Source of the DNA: Desulfatiglandales bacterium
Lineage (GTDB): Bacteria; Desulfobacterota; DSM-4660; Desulfatiglandales; Desulfatiglandaceae
NCBI GenBank assembly: GCA_963662465.1
Contig: OY759599.1
Span: forward strand, 3,136,001-3,200,000
Reading direction: 5' to 3'
Length of the DNA stretch: 64,000 bases
The notes beneath the pieces were generated by a model. It saw nothing but the letters and a program-made list of their open reading frames with translations. It was not told the origin of the DNA and did not search any database. Positions 9,569-19,050 of this stretch are shown here, in pieces. Each line of letters opens with the position of its first letter. Position 1 is the stretch's first letter. Both the position numbers and the translations under genes were made by a program.

Positions 9569-9964
9569 ATGAATCAAGAAACAAAAAGAAAGGCACTCCT
9601 GCTCGAAAAAGACCCGGCCGTGCTGGAAAAAATCCAGCGGATGCTGAAGGACAGGTCCTATGAACCAATAAGTTTTTCCGATAAAAAAGAAGCTCTCGCA
9701 GCTTTGAAAGGGACGTTTTTTCCCCTGGCCGTTACCGGATTAACCGAAAATGACGATGACCCCATGGAAGTAATGAAGACCATGGTCATGACATCTCCTA
9801 TGACATCCGTCATCATGGTCACGGATCTTTCCGAATCGGAAGTGGAAGAAAAGGCGGAAGGATACGGAATCCTCGGAAACGTCGGCAGAGAAGTCCCCGC
9901 CGAAGACCTGATGTCGCTCCTGGACGCCTATGAGAAAATTCAAGGATCTTTCGCTCAGGGATAA
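9569..9964 (+). CDS. Atypical single-domain response-regulator receiver
   Basis: Receiver-like pattern (ALLLEKD, LAVTGL, VIMVT); GGAGG RBS; canonical Asp and Lys not evident. Confidence 0.65.
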   Translation: MNQETKRKALLLEKDPAVLEKIQRMLKDRSYEPISFSDKKEALAALKGTFFPLAVTGLTENDDDPMEVMKTMVMTSPMTSVIMVTDLSESEVEEKAEGYGILGNVGREVPAEDLMSLLDAYEKIQGSFAQG

Positions 9965-9972
9965 ACTGAAAG

Positions 9973-10025
9973 CAAGGGATAAATGCGATTTATCCCTTGA
10001 CCCATTTTTTGCTTTTTCTTATAGT
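9973..10025 (+). promoter_or_regulatory. 12-bp hairpin overlapping a sigma70-like promoter of the TRAP operon
   Basis: CAAGGGATAAAT-gcg-ATTTATCCCTTG; TTGACC (9997), 17-bp spacer, TATAGT (10020). Confidence 0.55.
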
Positions 10026-10094
10026 TACCCCAAATTCAAAGGAGCATCCTCCTTATTCAGCGGAGCAACTTCTTTTTACCGGAGCAAAGGCCTT

Positions 10095-10625
10095 ATGAAC
10101 GGCATCAAAAAGTTTTGCTATGGTATTGACTGGCTTAATGAACGGGTGGGACGGGGGGTGGCCTGGGTAACCACCGCTCTGGTGATCGTGGTCTTCATAG
10201 ACGTGGTCATGCGATATCTGTTCAACACCAGTTATGTTTTTACCCAGGAACTGGAGTGGCAGCTCTTTGGATTTATCTTTCTCATGGGCGCAGGTTACAC
10301 CCTGCTCCATGACGGCCATGTTCGCGTGGACATCATCTATCAACGCCTGGGGCCCAAGGGTCAAGCCTGGATCAACCTGCTCGGCGTCTTCCTCTTCATG
10401 CTTCCCGGCTGCCTTATGGTCATCCTCACCTCGTGGAAATTCACCTACAACTCCTGGGCGATTATGGAAGGGTCCCCAGACCCCGGCGGCATCCCCTACC
10501 GATTCCTGATCAAGGGAACCATCACCGTAGGATTCATCCTTCTCTCGTTACAGGGACTCTCCCTGGGCCTGCACAGCATTTTGCAGATCGCGGGGCTGGA
10601 AACCATCGAGGAGGAAGCCTCCTGA
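10095..10625 (+). CDS. dctQ: TRAP transporter small permease
   Basis: VVMRYLFN, ELEWQL, GHVRVDI and SPDPGG. Confidence 0.92.
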   Translation: MNGIKKFCYGIDWLNERVGRGVAWVTTALVIVVFIDVVMRYLFNTSYVFTQELEWQLFGFIFLMGAGYTLLHDGHVRVDIIYQRLGPKGQAWINLLGVFLFMLPGCLMVILTSWKFTYNSWAIMEGSPDPGGIPYRFLIKGTITVGFILLSLQGLSLGLHSILQIAGLETIEEEAS

Positions 10626-11950
10626 TGGAATATCTGGCCGGCTGGATGTTTCTGGCGTTAACGATCCTATTGATGGCCGGCTTTCCCGTGGCCTTCACTC
10701 TGTTGGGAACGGCCCTTTTTTTCGGCCTCATCGGTTTTGGATGGTCTTTCTTTGACCTGCTGCCCCTTCGCATCTGGGGCCGCATGACCAACGTAACCCT
10801 CATCGCCGTCCCCCTTTTCGTGTTCATGGGGGTGATGCTGGAACGTTCGGGGCTGGCGGAAAAACTGCTAGACACCATGGCCATTCTCTTCGGCCGTCTC
10901 AAGGGGGGACTTGCCATCTCCGTGGTAGTGGTGGGCGCCCTGCTGGGCGCTTCCACCGGCATTGTGGGCGCCACGGTGGTTACCATGGGCCTTCTGGCGG
11001 TTCCCACCATGCTGCGGCGCGGTTACCAGAAAGAACTGGCCTGCGGCACGGTTTCCGCTTCCGGAACCCTGGGCCAGATCATCCCCCCCAGCATCGTACT
11101 GGTACTCATCGGCGACATCGTGGGGGTTTCCGTGGGGGATCTGTTCATGGGGGCGGTGTTGCCCGGTCTGCTCCTGGTGGCGCTCTATATCATTTACATT
11201 CTCCTGGCTGCAAATCTCCGACCGGGCATTGCACCACCCATCCCCAAGGCGGAACTGGACGCCATTTCACGACGCGAACTAGCCGCCCGGGTGGGAAAAG
11301 CCCTCTTTCCGCCGCTTTTTCTCATGATCGCGGTGCTGGGCTCCATCTTCGCCGGCATCGCTTCCCCCACCGAGGCCGCCGCCGTGGGCGCGGTGGGCGC
11401 AACGCTTCTGGCCATTGCCAACAAAAAGTTCAACATGGCGATGCTCAACCAGGTCATGCGACAGACCACCAACCTCACCTGCATGGTCTTCATCATCCTT
11501 TGCGGCGCCGCAGCCTTCGGCCTGGTATTCAGGGGCCTGGGAGGGGACAGCCTGGTACGGGAATTCTTAGGTTCCCTGGCCGCATCCTACAGCAAGGGGG
11601 CCGTCCTGGCCATCGTCATGGGCGTTATTTTCATCATCGGCTTCTTTCTGGATTTCATCGAAATCACCTTTATCCACGTACCGGTTCTGGCCCCCATCAT
11701 GCTGGAATTCGGGTTTGATCCCATATGGTTCTGCATTCTCCTGGCGGTCAATCTTCAGACGTCCTTTATGACGCCGCCCTTCGGATTCTCTCTTTTTTAT
11801 CTCAAAGCCGTAACACCACCGGAGGTCTCCACCGGCCATATTTACCGGGGGATTATCCCGTTTGTTTTATTTCAGTTGATCGGACTGGGCATTGTCGCCT
11901 TCTACCCACAGCTGGCGACCTGGCTTCCCGGGGTTGTTTATTCGAGATAG
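10625..11950 (+). CDS. dctM: TRAP transporter large permease
   Basis: AVPLFVFMG, GTLGQIIPPS, ASPTEAAAVGA and QTSFMTPPFG; TGATG coupling to dctQ. Confidence 0.94.
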   Translation: MEYLAGWMFLALTILLMAGFPVAFTLLGTALFFGLIGFGWSFFDLLPLRIWGRMTNVTLIAVPLFVFMGVMLERSGLAEKLLDTMAILFGRLKGGLAISVVVVGALLGASTGIVGATVVTMGLLAVPTMLRRGYQKELACGTVSASGTLGQIIPPSIVLVLIGDIVGVSVGDLFMGAVLPGLLLVALYIIYILLAANLRPGIAPPIPKAELDAISRRELAARVGKALFPPLFLMIAVLGSIFAGIASPTEAAAVGAVGATLLAIANKKFNMAMLNQVMRQTTNLTCMVFIILCGAAAFGLVFRGLGGDSLVREFLGSLAASYSKGAVLAIVMGVIFIIGFFLDFIEITFIHVPVLAPIMLEFGFDPIWFCILLAVNLQTSFMTPPFGFSLFYLKAVTPPEVSTGHIYRGIIPFVLFQLIGLGIVAFYPQLATWLPGVVYSR

Positions 11951-12016
11951 CATTGAAAATGGAATTTTCCAGTTCCCAATTTTAATTGCAAACCCATCAA
12001 AACAAGGAGGTTTTTC

Positions 12017-13120
12017 ATGGAAAGACGCGACTTTTTGAAGAAAGCGGGTATGGGGGCCGCGGCAGCCGTTGCGGCAACCGCCGTCACGGCGCCGGCGGTA
12101 TTCGGCGAGAAGAAATATCGATGGAAAATGGTCACCACATGGCCATCGGGGCTCCCGGTATTGCAAACCGGCTGTGTTCGTCTGGCCAAACTGGTGGACA
12201 CACTTTCAGGCGGTCGACTGAAAATCAGCGTTTACGCCGCGGGTGAACTGGTGCCGGCCATGGGCATTTTTGATGCGGTTTCCAATGGAACGGTGGAAGT
12301 GGGCAGCGGCGCAGGCTATTACTGGGCCGGCAAAACCCCTGCCGCCCAATGGTTTTCGGCGGTGCCCTTCGGCATGAATGCACAGGGAATGTCCGCATGG
12401 TTTCACGGCGGCGACGGTCTGAAGCTGTGGGAGGAAACCTACGCGCCCTTTAACCTGATCCCCAGGCCCGGGGGATCCACCGGCGTTCAGATGGGTGGCT
12501 GGTTCAACAAAAAGATCAACAGCATTGAAGACTTCAAGGGCCTCAAAATGAGAATTCCAGGCCTGGGCGGAAAGGTCCTGGCCAAGGCCGGCGCCACAGT
12601 GGTGTTGACGGCCGGGGGGGAGATCTTCACCAACCTGGAACGGGGGGTCATCGATGCCACCGAATGGGTGGGCCCCCTTCATGACAACCGCATGGGGTTC
12701 TACCAGGCAGCCAAATACTATTATTATCCGGGATGGCATGAGCCGGGGACCTATCTCGAGTATTTCTTTAACAAAAAAGCCTACGAGTCCCTGCCGAAGG
12801 ACCTTCAGGCCATTCTCGACACCGCCTGCATGGACAATGAGCTCTGGTGTCTCGCCCAGTTCGACGCCCGTAACGGCGCGGCCCTGGTGGAGTTGATCAA
12901 CAAGCACAAGATACAACTGCTGGAATATCCCGAAAGCGTCATGGAGGCCCTTCAAAAGCTTTCGAAGGAAGTCGTTGCGGAAGAAGCCGCCAAGGATGCC
13001 ATGAGCAAAAAAGTGGCTGCTGCCTTCGAAGCGTTTCAGAACCAGGTGGGCCCCTGGTATACGGTTTCCGAGAAGGCGTACTACGACAGGATCTTTGGAA
13101 AGTATTCCTTGAAGGGATAA
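12017..13120 (+). CDS. dctP: TRAP substrate-binding protein (TakP-like) with a Tat signal
   Basis: RRDFLK twin-arginine signal, WKMVTTWP, YYWAGK, QMGGWF, GLKMRIPGLG and PGWHEP. Confidence 0.93.
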   Translation: MERRDFLKKAGMGAAAAVAATAVTAPAVFGEKKYRWKMVTTWPSGLPVLQTGCVRLAKLVDTLSGGRLKISVYAAGELVPAMGIFDAVSNGTVEVGSGAGYYWAGKTPAAQWFSAVPFGMNAQGMSAWFHGGDGLKLWEETYAPFNLIPRPGGSTGVQMGGWFNKKINSIEDFKGLKMRIPGLGGKVLAKAGATVVLTAGGEIFTNLERGVIDATEWVGPLHDNRMGFYQAAKYYYYPGWHEPGTYLEYFFNKKAYESLPKDLQAILDTACMDNELWCLAQFDARNGAALVELINKHKIQLLEYPESVMEALQKLSKEVVAEEAAKDAMSKKVAAAFEAFQNQVGPWYTVSEKAYYDRIFGKYSLKG

Positions 13121-13176
13121 ATTCCTTCATGGAACAATTGTCAGTCTTTCCGAATCATTCTTGATGTAATCCAAAC

Positions 13177-13217
13177 ACCGCCGGCCCCGCTGTAAAAGCA
13201 GGATCGGCGGTTCTTTA
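13177..13217. terminator. Probable intrinsic terminator between convergent genes
   Basis: accgccggccccgct...agcaggatcggcggt followed by tcttt. Confidence 0.5.
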
Positions 13218-13326
13218 TTGGACCCTGCACCCAATAAATCGGAGATAAAAATGAAGTGCGAGCAACAACCCACCAGTCAGCGGTTCCACCCTCATATTCC
13301 TCGGAAGTGGTTGACATTTACAGAAA

Positions 13327-15651
13327 TCAGACTTTCTCTCCCGCATATTGCCTGAGCGCTTGAAAATAGGCTGCGGTTTCGGGTGAAAATGAGGTAAAGC
13401 GAACCTGATAGCTGAAAGCGTGCCGGTCGGCGGACGCAATAACCTTGCCGTAAAAATCCCTCGAAGAGAGTTCCTCGCTCACGTCACACAGGTTCAACTT
13501 AACGTTGGTCAAAAGATCCAGCGCGCCTGCCATCTCAATTTCCGCGCCCTTGTCAAAAAGCGTGTCAATAAAGCCCTGTTGCTGTTTATTTCCCACATTC
13601 TTTCCGTCAACCGCAACATAATTGACGGGAACCCGCCGGTTGAGTTTAATGGAAACCGAATCCTCTTTTAAAAGCGTTAGGTTGAACGGCAGGCCGATGC
13701 CGCCCACTTCATAAATTTTGATGGATGTTTCAGACCCTTTGGGAATAACCTCTCTCTGTTCATCGATTCGAAGTCTGTTCCCGAGCTGTTTTCGAACAGA
13801 CGCCGAGATCAACACCTGCCCGCCCACCGAGTAGGATTCGATGCGGCTGGTCATGTTGACGCCGCTGCCCACCACGCCGTACTTGCTCCGTTTGCTGGAG
13901 CCGATATTCCCCACAATCACCTGATCTTCATTGAGGCCGATACCCATCTCAATTTCGGGCAACCCCTGTTCGCGGTTCTGCCGGTTCACTCTTGCCATGG
14001 CGTTCTGCATCTCAATGGCGCAGGCCACGGCCCGCTCCGCCCGGTCGGCCATCTGCTGGGGTGCGCCGAAGATCACGAGCAGTGCGTCGCCGATGATCTC
14101 ATTGATGGTGCCGTTATATTTGAGCAGAACCTCCACCATGATTTCAAAATAGTTATTCAATATCTGAACCACCTGCTCCGGTTCGAGCCGCTCGGCCAGC
14201 GCCGTAAACCCCCGCAGGTCCGACATCATGATGGTGACACTTCTTTTTTCGCCGCCCAGGTTGATCATGTCCGGGTTTTCCAGAAGCGTGTTGGTGACCT
14301 CCTCGGAGAGATACCGGCCGAACATGTCCTTTAAAAAGGTTGCCCGCATGCGCTCTGAGAGATCATGAACGGAGATCAGCACCTTGGCCCAGGTCTCCTC
14401 AAAGCCGGGTGGAATAGCAGCTTTCATAAGTACAGTGATCTCTTTCCCCACGAGGGTACGATTGATGCACTGCAGTTCAAAGGATTTGTTTTCCGAAATT
14501 GCCAGAATCTGTTCCACAAGAATATCATGGGACGGATCGGCCAGTATTTGATCGAGATGCTCGACTACCACCGCCTTGCTGGGGGCTTCATAAAGCTTCA
14601 CGGTGGATTCGTTCATATCGAGTATCTTAACCAATCCCTTGCAGTGGGCCAGGTCGTCCGGATGGTCTTTGAAATAGCCCCTGATGTCGGTTATGTTCCT
14701 TTCCCGCAGGTGATTGACGAATTGCCTGATCTCTGAAAAATCTTCTTCCCAAAGGGAGGTGGGAGAATACTCGAACAGCGCCCGGTATCGGTTACTGTAC
14801 TCCTCGAGCTTTTTATAGGACCCTTCCAGATCCCGGCTCATTTCAATAAAGCTTTCTCCCAGGACCCCGATTTCATCCCTGGAACGGACCTGGATGTCCG
14901 ATGAAATGGAAAAATCCCCTTTGGAAAGTTTTCTGGCGGACTCCGTCAGCCGAATGAGGGGTTTTGAAAACCGGGTGGACAGGATGAAAACCATGAGCAG
15001 GCATCCGCCCAGAAACACCAGGGAGGTGAAAAGCGATCGATAGATCATACCCCTGATTTCCTGACGGATCTGATCGCGGGAAGTTTCGATCTCCTTTTCG
15101 AGAAGATTTAGCGTATACACCAGCCTCAGAACACCCCAGGGCGCTGTACTGATCTGCAATGGTTTCACGATTTCAAGCACCGGTTCATCTCCTTCCCGGT
15201 AAGCGATGACCGACAAGGATTTTTTTTCCAGGGCCTCTTTGTCGCGAATGCCGGTGAGCTGTGTCTGAATGACCTCCGGTCGATGGGTGTCCATAAACAC
15301 CACGCCGGAAGCATTCACCAAAATGGCATATTTGATCTCACGGTTGTTTTCAGCGCTTTCGTTTAAGACAGCCATCACCCCTGACAGGTTGAAGGCGGCC
15401 AGATGATTTTCCAGCTGCTGGCTGAGCGTGCCGGCAAAGCTCTTTCCACGTTCCGTGAGATTGGCCTTCAAAAGGGTGATCCGCTTGTTGAGCTCCATTT
15501 CAAGGATTTTCCGCTGGCTGGAAATCTGGATGTAGGACAACAGCCCTACCAGGATAAACACCAGCAGGGTGATCATGGCCATAAGCTTCCACCGAATGCT
15601 CCAGCGGACCGATTTGGGAGGGGTTGATTTTATTTTCCCGGATTGATTCAA
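13327..15651 (-). CDS. Membrane class III nucleotidyl cyclase (periplasmic sensor, HAMP, PAS-like, cyclase, PilZ-like C-terminus)
   Basis: Two TM segments, HAMP (RDEIGVLGESF), MSDLRGFT, EIIGDA, GIGLNED, YGVVGSGVN and SRIES. Confidence 0.9.
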   Translation of the reverse strand: MNQSGKIKSTPPKSVRWSIRWKLMAMITLLVFILVGLLSYIQISSQRKILEMELNKRITLLKANLTERGKSFAGTLSQQLENHLAAFNLSGVMAVLNESAENNREIKYAILVNASGVVFMDTHRPEVIQTQLTGIRDKEALEKKSLSVIAYREGDEPVLEIVKPLQISTAPWGVLRLVYTLNLLEKEIETSRDQIRQEIRGMIYRSLFTSLVFLGGCLLMVFILSTRFSKPLIRLTESARKLSKGDFSISSDIQVRSRDEIGVLGESFIEMSRDLEGSYKKLEEYSNRYRALFEYSPTSLWEEDFSEIRQFVNHLRERNITDIRGYFKDHPDDLAHCKGLVKILDMNESTVKLYEAPSKAVVVEHLDQILADPSHDILVEQILAISENKSFELQCINRTLVGKEITVLMKAAIPPGFEETWAKVLISVHDLSERMRATFLKDMFGRYLSEEVTNTLLENPDMINLGGEKRSVTIMMSDLRGFTALAERLEPEQVVQILNNYFEIMVEVLLKYNGTINEIIGDALLVIFGAPQQMADRAERAVACAIEMQNAMARVNRQNREQGLPEIEMGIGLNEDQVIVGNIGSSKRSKYGVVGSGVNMTSRIESYSVGGQVLISASVRKQLGNRLRIDEQREVIPKGSETSIKIYEVGGIGLPFNLTLLKEDSVSIKLNRRVPVNYVAVDGKNVGNKQQQGFIDTLFDKGAEIEMAGALDLLTNVKLNLCDVSEELSSRDFYGKVIASADRHAFSYQVRFTSFSPETAAYFQALRQYAGEKV

Positions 15652-15956
15652 AATGTTGCCTGCACCTTTATCATCATGTGTAGGGCAGTAGCGCCCAGTT
15701 TACAATCCGACCGATGTAATCCCGTTCGCACAATGTCATTCGTGATCGAATGGTCTTAAATCTTTAAAGAATTGTCAAGGATCGTTTTGATTCGGATAAA
15801 TCAGGCATGTACGGATGACCCGTGAAGGGAAACAACGATTTCCGTAAATCTGAATTTGGCAACCTTCCATTTGAGATATTGACAAACCCGGCAGAATAGC
15901 GACGTTGTTAATAAAATAAATGGGATTTGAAATTTACATAATCCGCTTCCGCGCTT

Positions 15957-18110
15957 TTAGAGCGTATACCGCAGCTCCAGGAAGAAATTGATGCCGGGCA
16001 TTTCGAGGGTGGCGGGTTCCGGATAATCTGTCGGGGCCACATAAGCCTTGTTAAACAGGTTATTCACGGTAGCGCGGAATTCCATGCCGTTGAAACCACC
16101 GGGAAGATTTCTGGCGATGAGCGTGGCATTCACAACGGCGTAATCTCCCGGCGTATCATCAGAAGCCCATTCTCTATATTCCCAGTCTCCCCGATACAGC
16201 AGATAGGTGTTCAAATTCAGGTAGCGATTCAGTCTTATGTTGGCGCCGAGGGTTCCATAATCTTTCGGCTGTCGCCAAGGAATCATGGGTTGATTACCAT
16301 CAATCTTTCCACTTATATCAATCATGGTGTAATTCATGTTTAAGTAGGACCCCCGGCCCAGATCATAACGCATCTGAAGCTCAACGCCTTTGTTCTCTAT
16401 TTCGCCTAAGTTCATATATCTGAGAACGCCGGTCTCAGAGGTGATATTGTAAATGAAGTTTTCCGATTTGTAGTAGAAACCGCAAATTTCAGCCGTGAAG
16501 CGTGGTAACAGCTTTAATCCAAAAGTCAACTCGTAGTTGTTTTTGGTAATTGGCTTAAGGTTTTCGTTACCAAACCTAACATGGTAAAGCTCCATAAGCG
16601 TTGGGGCGCGAAACGATCTTGCGTAAAGAAATTTGGTAAAAAAGTTTTGTGAAATGTCCCAGTTTGCGCTGATGCGGGGGCTCAGTTCACCCCCGCAGTC
16701 GCTGTAATGATCATAACGGGCCCCCAGCGTAATACTCAAATCATCCGTCAGGTCCCAGAGGTCTTCAACATATGCGGCCCAAAGGTCTCTTTTTTTATCG
16801 GGATATTGGAGACCTTGCGGAAAATCCTGAACGGTAGGCGTTGGAATGATCACCGGCCAGAAGGGTGCGGGGATGAAGTTGGCTTGGGTATTGTTGTCAT
16901 ATATTTCCATCTGCTGAAAGCTGATGCCGCCGACGAGGGTATTCCCAAAGGCGAATTCATAGGACGACTGGGCCTCAAACCCCGTGCGCCTGCTCTTGCC
17001 TTCATACTCAACATACTTGTCCTCCGACAGAATAACCGGCCCTGTGGGCGTCCAGACGAACGCCCCTTTGGGGGCCTGCTGAGCTTTCCAATTGGGCAAA
17101 TACTGGTTCCTGAAAACCTTGGCCGTCAGATCCAGTCCTTCTATGATTGTCTTTTCATAGCTCAAATTCAGGTAGTACTGCCAGTAATCGTATTTAGAGA
17201 TGTTGTCCAGTGTGGCATACCAGCCGAAGGGCAGATCGCGGTTTCTTTTGAGGTATTTTCCGTCAAATTTAAAATCATGGTATTTCACCGTCAGTTGGCC
17301 ATCCAACTGGTCCGCCGCACCCTTCGTGTAGCCGGGGGCCAAAGAGGCATGGGTGCCCCACAGTTTATCCAGATAGCTCTGGTAGTCCTGGTCCACCTTA
17401 CCGTGAAAACCATCGGTATTCAGGTAATCCGCGTATGCGGCGATTTCCAGCCCTTCAATGGTTTTTCCGAAGAGTGCGTTCCCCTCAAACGTGTTGTAAC
17501 TGCCACCCCGGCCGGTCAGCTGCAAGCCATCAATATCTTTTCCGTCCTTGGTGATGATGTTGATGATGCCGCCCATGGCACCGGACCCATAAAGCGCCGA
17601 CCCCGGCCCGGTCACGAACTCGATGCGTTTGACGTTGTCCAGATCAAGAGATCCATACACTTGAGCCTGGCCCATGCTCGGATTGTTCACTTCCTGGCTG
17701 TTGACCATAATCAGAATAAAATCGCTCTCGTTTCCTGAACTTCCCCGTGCAAAAATATAAGGTTCTCCCCATGTCCATTCAATTGTAAACCATCCCGGAA
17801 CGATTTCGATTACGTCTTTGAGGTATCGTGCCCCCATTTCCCGAATTCGGCGGTCCGTCACCACATAAATGGACCCGGGGGCTTTTTCGATGCGTTGGGA
17901 AATTTTGGCGGGGGTGATGACATAGGTCTCTTCATGGAGGTACTGGAGTTCGTCTTCCACCGGATCGTCCTCCTGAAGTGCCTTTGGAAGTTCATCTTCC
18001 GAAAAGGCCGGAAAAGGAAACACCAAAAAGCTCATCAAAAGGAAAAAAACAGCAACAAATAGTTTCACATCAGACCCAATCCCAAAAGATCCAATCCCAA
18101 AACCTCGCAT
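15957..18110 (-). CDS. TonB-dependent outer-membrane receptor
   Basis: Signal peptide, plug motif VKRIEFVTGPGSALYG, GARYDHY, RSFRAPT, NNLFNKAY and terminal LELRYTL; start uncertain. Confidence 0.92.
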   Translation of the reverse strand: MRGFGIGSFGIGSDVKLFVAVFFLLMSFLVFPFPAFSEDELPKALQEDDPVEDELQYLHEETYVITPAKISQRIEKAPGSIYVVTDRRIREMGARYLKDVIEIVPGWFTIEWTWGEPYIFARGSSGNESDFILIMVNSQEVNNPSMGQAQVYGSLDLDNVKRIEFVTGPGSALYGSGAMGGIINIITKDGKDIDGLQLTGRGGSYNTFEGNALFGKTIEGLEIAAYADYLNTDGFHGKVDQDYQSYLDKLWGTHASLAPGYTKGAADQLDGQLTVKYHDFKFDGKYLKRNRDLPFGWYATLDNISKYDYWQYYLNLSYEKTIIEGLDLTAKVFRNQYLPNWKAQQAPKGAFVWTPTGPVILSEDKYVEYEGKSRRTGFEAQSSYEFAFGNTLVGGISFQQMEIYDNNTQANFIPAPFWPVIIPTPTVQDFPQGLQYPDKKRDLWAAYVEDLWDLTDDLSITLGARYDHYSDCGGELSPRISANWDISQNFFTKFLYARSFRAPTLMELYHVRFGNENLKPITKNNYELTFGLKLLPRFTAEICGFYYKSENFIYNITSETGVLRYMNLGEIENKGVELQMRYDLGRGSYLNMNYTMIDISGKIDGNQPMIPWRQPKDYGTLGANIRLNRYLNLNTYLLYRGDWEYREWASDDTPGDYAVVNATLIARNLPGGFNGMEFRATVNNLFNKAYVAPTDYPEPATLEMPGINFFLELRYTL

Positions 18111-18135
18111 CCCAAAACCCCCTCACTTTTTCATT

Positions 18136-19050
18136 CTATTCAATAATCCGGTTCACCGCACTAAGCGCCCTTTCACTGTATTTCAGGCCGTACGCATCCG
18201 CCTTCTTCATATTCAACATGATGTGTGACCCCGCGGGCAGCTGGACTTTTCGGGTCGCCTTATCTCCGGAAAGCACTTCCTGACTCATGGCGGCCGCCTG
18301 ACGTCCCGTGGTGGCATCATCCACGGATACCACCATCATGGCGCCGTATTCGGCAAAGGCCGGGTAATAGGTTAAAATGGGAATTTTGTGCCGGTCGCAG
18401 ATTTTAAATATTTCAAACAGGGTCTCCTTGCCCGACAGAATCACCGGGTCTGATATGAGCCACAGCGCGTCGATTTTTTTGATCAGCTCCTTCAAACTGG
18501 AAAGGGTATTTCTTTTTTTGGAAACCGACGCTCCGGTTAGCTGAAAATCCATGGCTTCGGCGGCCTTCTGGGCCTTTTCGAACCAGTGATTGTTGTATTT
18601 CGGGCTGTAAAGCACACCGATGCGTTTGATTTCGGGAAGCATATACCGATACAGAGTAATCTGCATTTCCGGATTCAGTTCGCTGGAAATCCCGGAGGTT
18701 TTGGGCGCCGTGGGGAGGCGCTGCCAGTCGATAATGGAGGAAAAAATGATGTTCCGGTCGCTGATGAACTTGTTGGCCAGCAAGTATGCCTTGGTTCCGA
18801 TGCAGTACACCAGGTCAGGGTAGTGGTCGTAAAGCAGCTCTTCCATTTCCCTCAGTTTCAGCTGTTCCGTGCCCAGGTCCAGTTTCAAAACAGGATTCGG
18901 CAGGGTTTCCATGAACGTCTCTTCTGCTGTTCGGTACCTGTCGATGGCGGCGTTTGAATTGATCACCATGATCTTGGGACCTTCGTCGGCTGACAACAGG
19001 CTTATGGCAAAAAAAAGGAGGATAATAACAATGGTTTTAACAGTCTTCAT
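18136..19050 (-). CDS. ABC_sub_bind-type periplasmic binding protein
   Basis: Signal peptide, KRIGVLYSP, IDALWLISD, GRQAA and LNMKKA. Confidence 0.8.
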   Translation of the reverse strand: MKTVKTIVIILLFFAISLLSADEGPKIMVINSNAAIDRYRTAEETFMETLPNPVLKLDLGTEQLKLREMEELLYDHYPDLVYCIGTKAYLLANKFISDRNIIFSSIIDWQRLPTAPKTSGISSELNPEMQITLYRYMLPEIKRIGVLYSPKYNNHWFEKAQKAAEAMDFQLTGASVSKKRNTLSSLKELIKKIDALWLISDPVILSGKETLFEIFKICDRHKIPILTYYPAFAEYGAMMVVSVDDATTGRQAAAMSQEVLSGDKATRKVQLPAGSHIMLNMKKADAYGLKYSERALSAVNRIIE

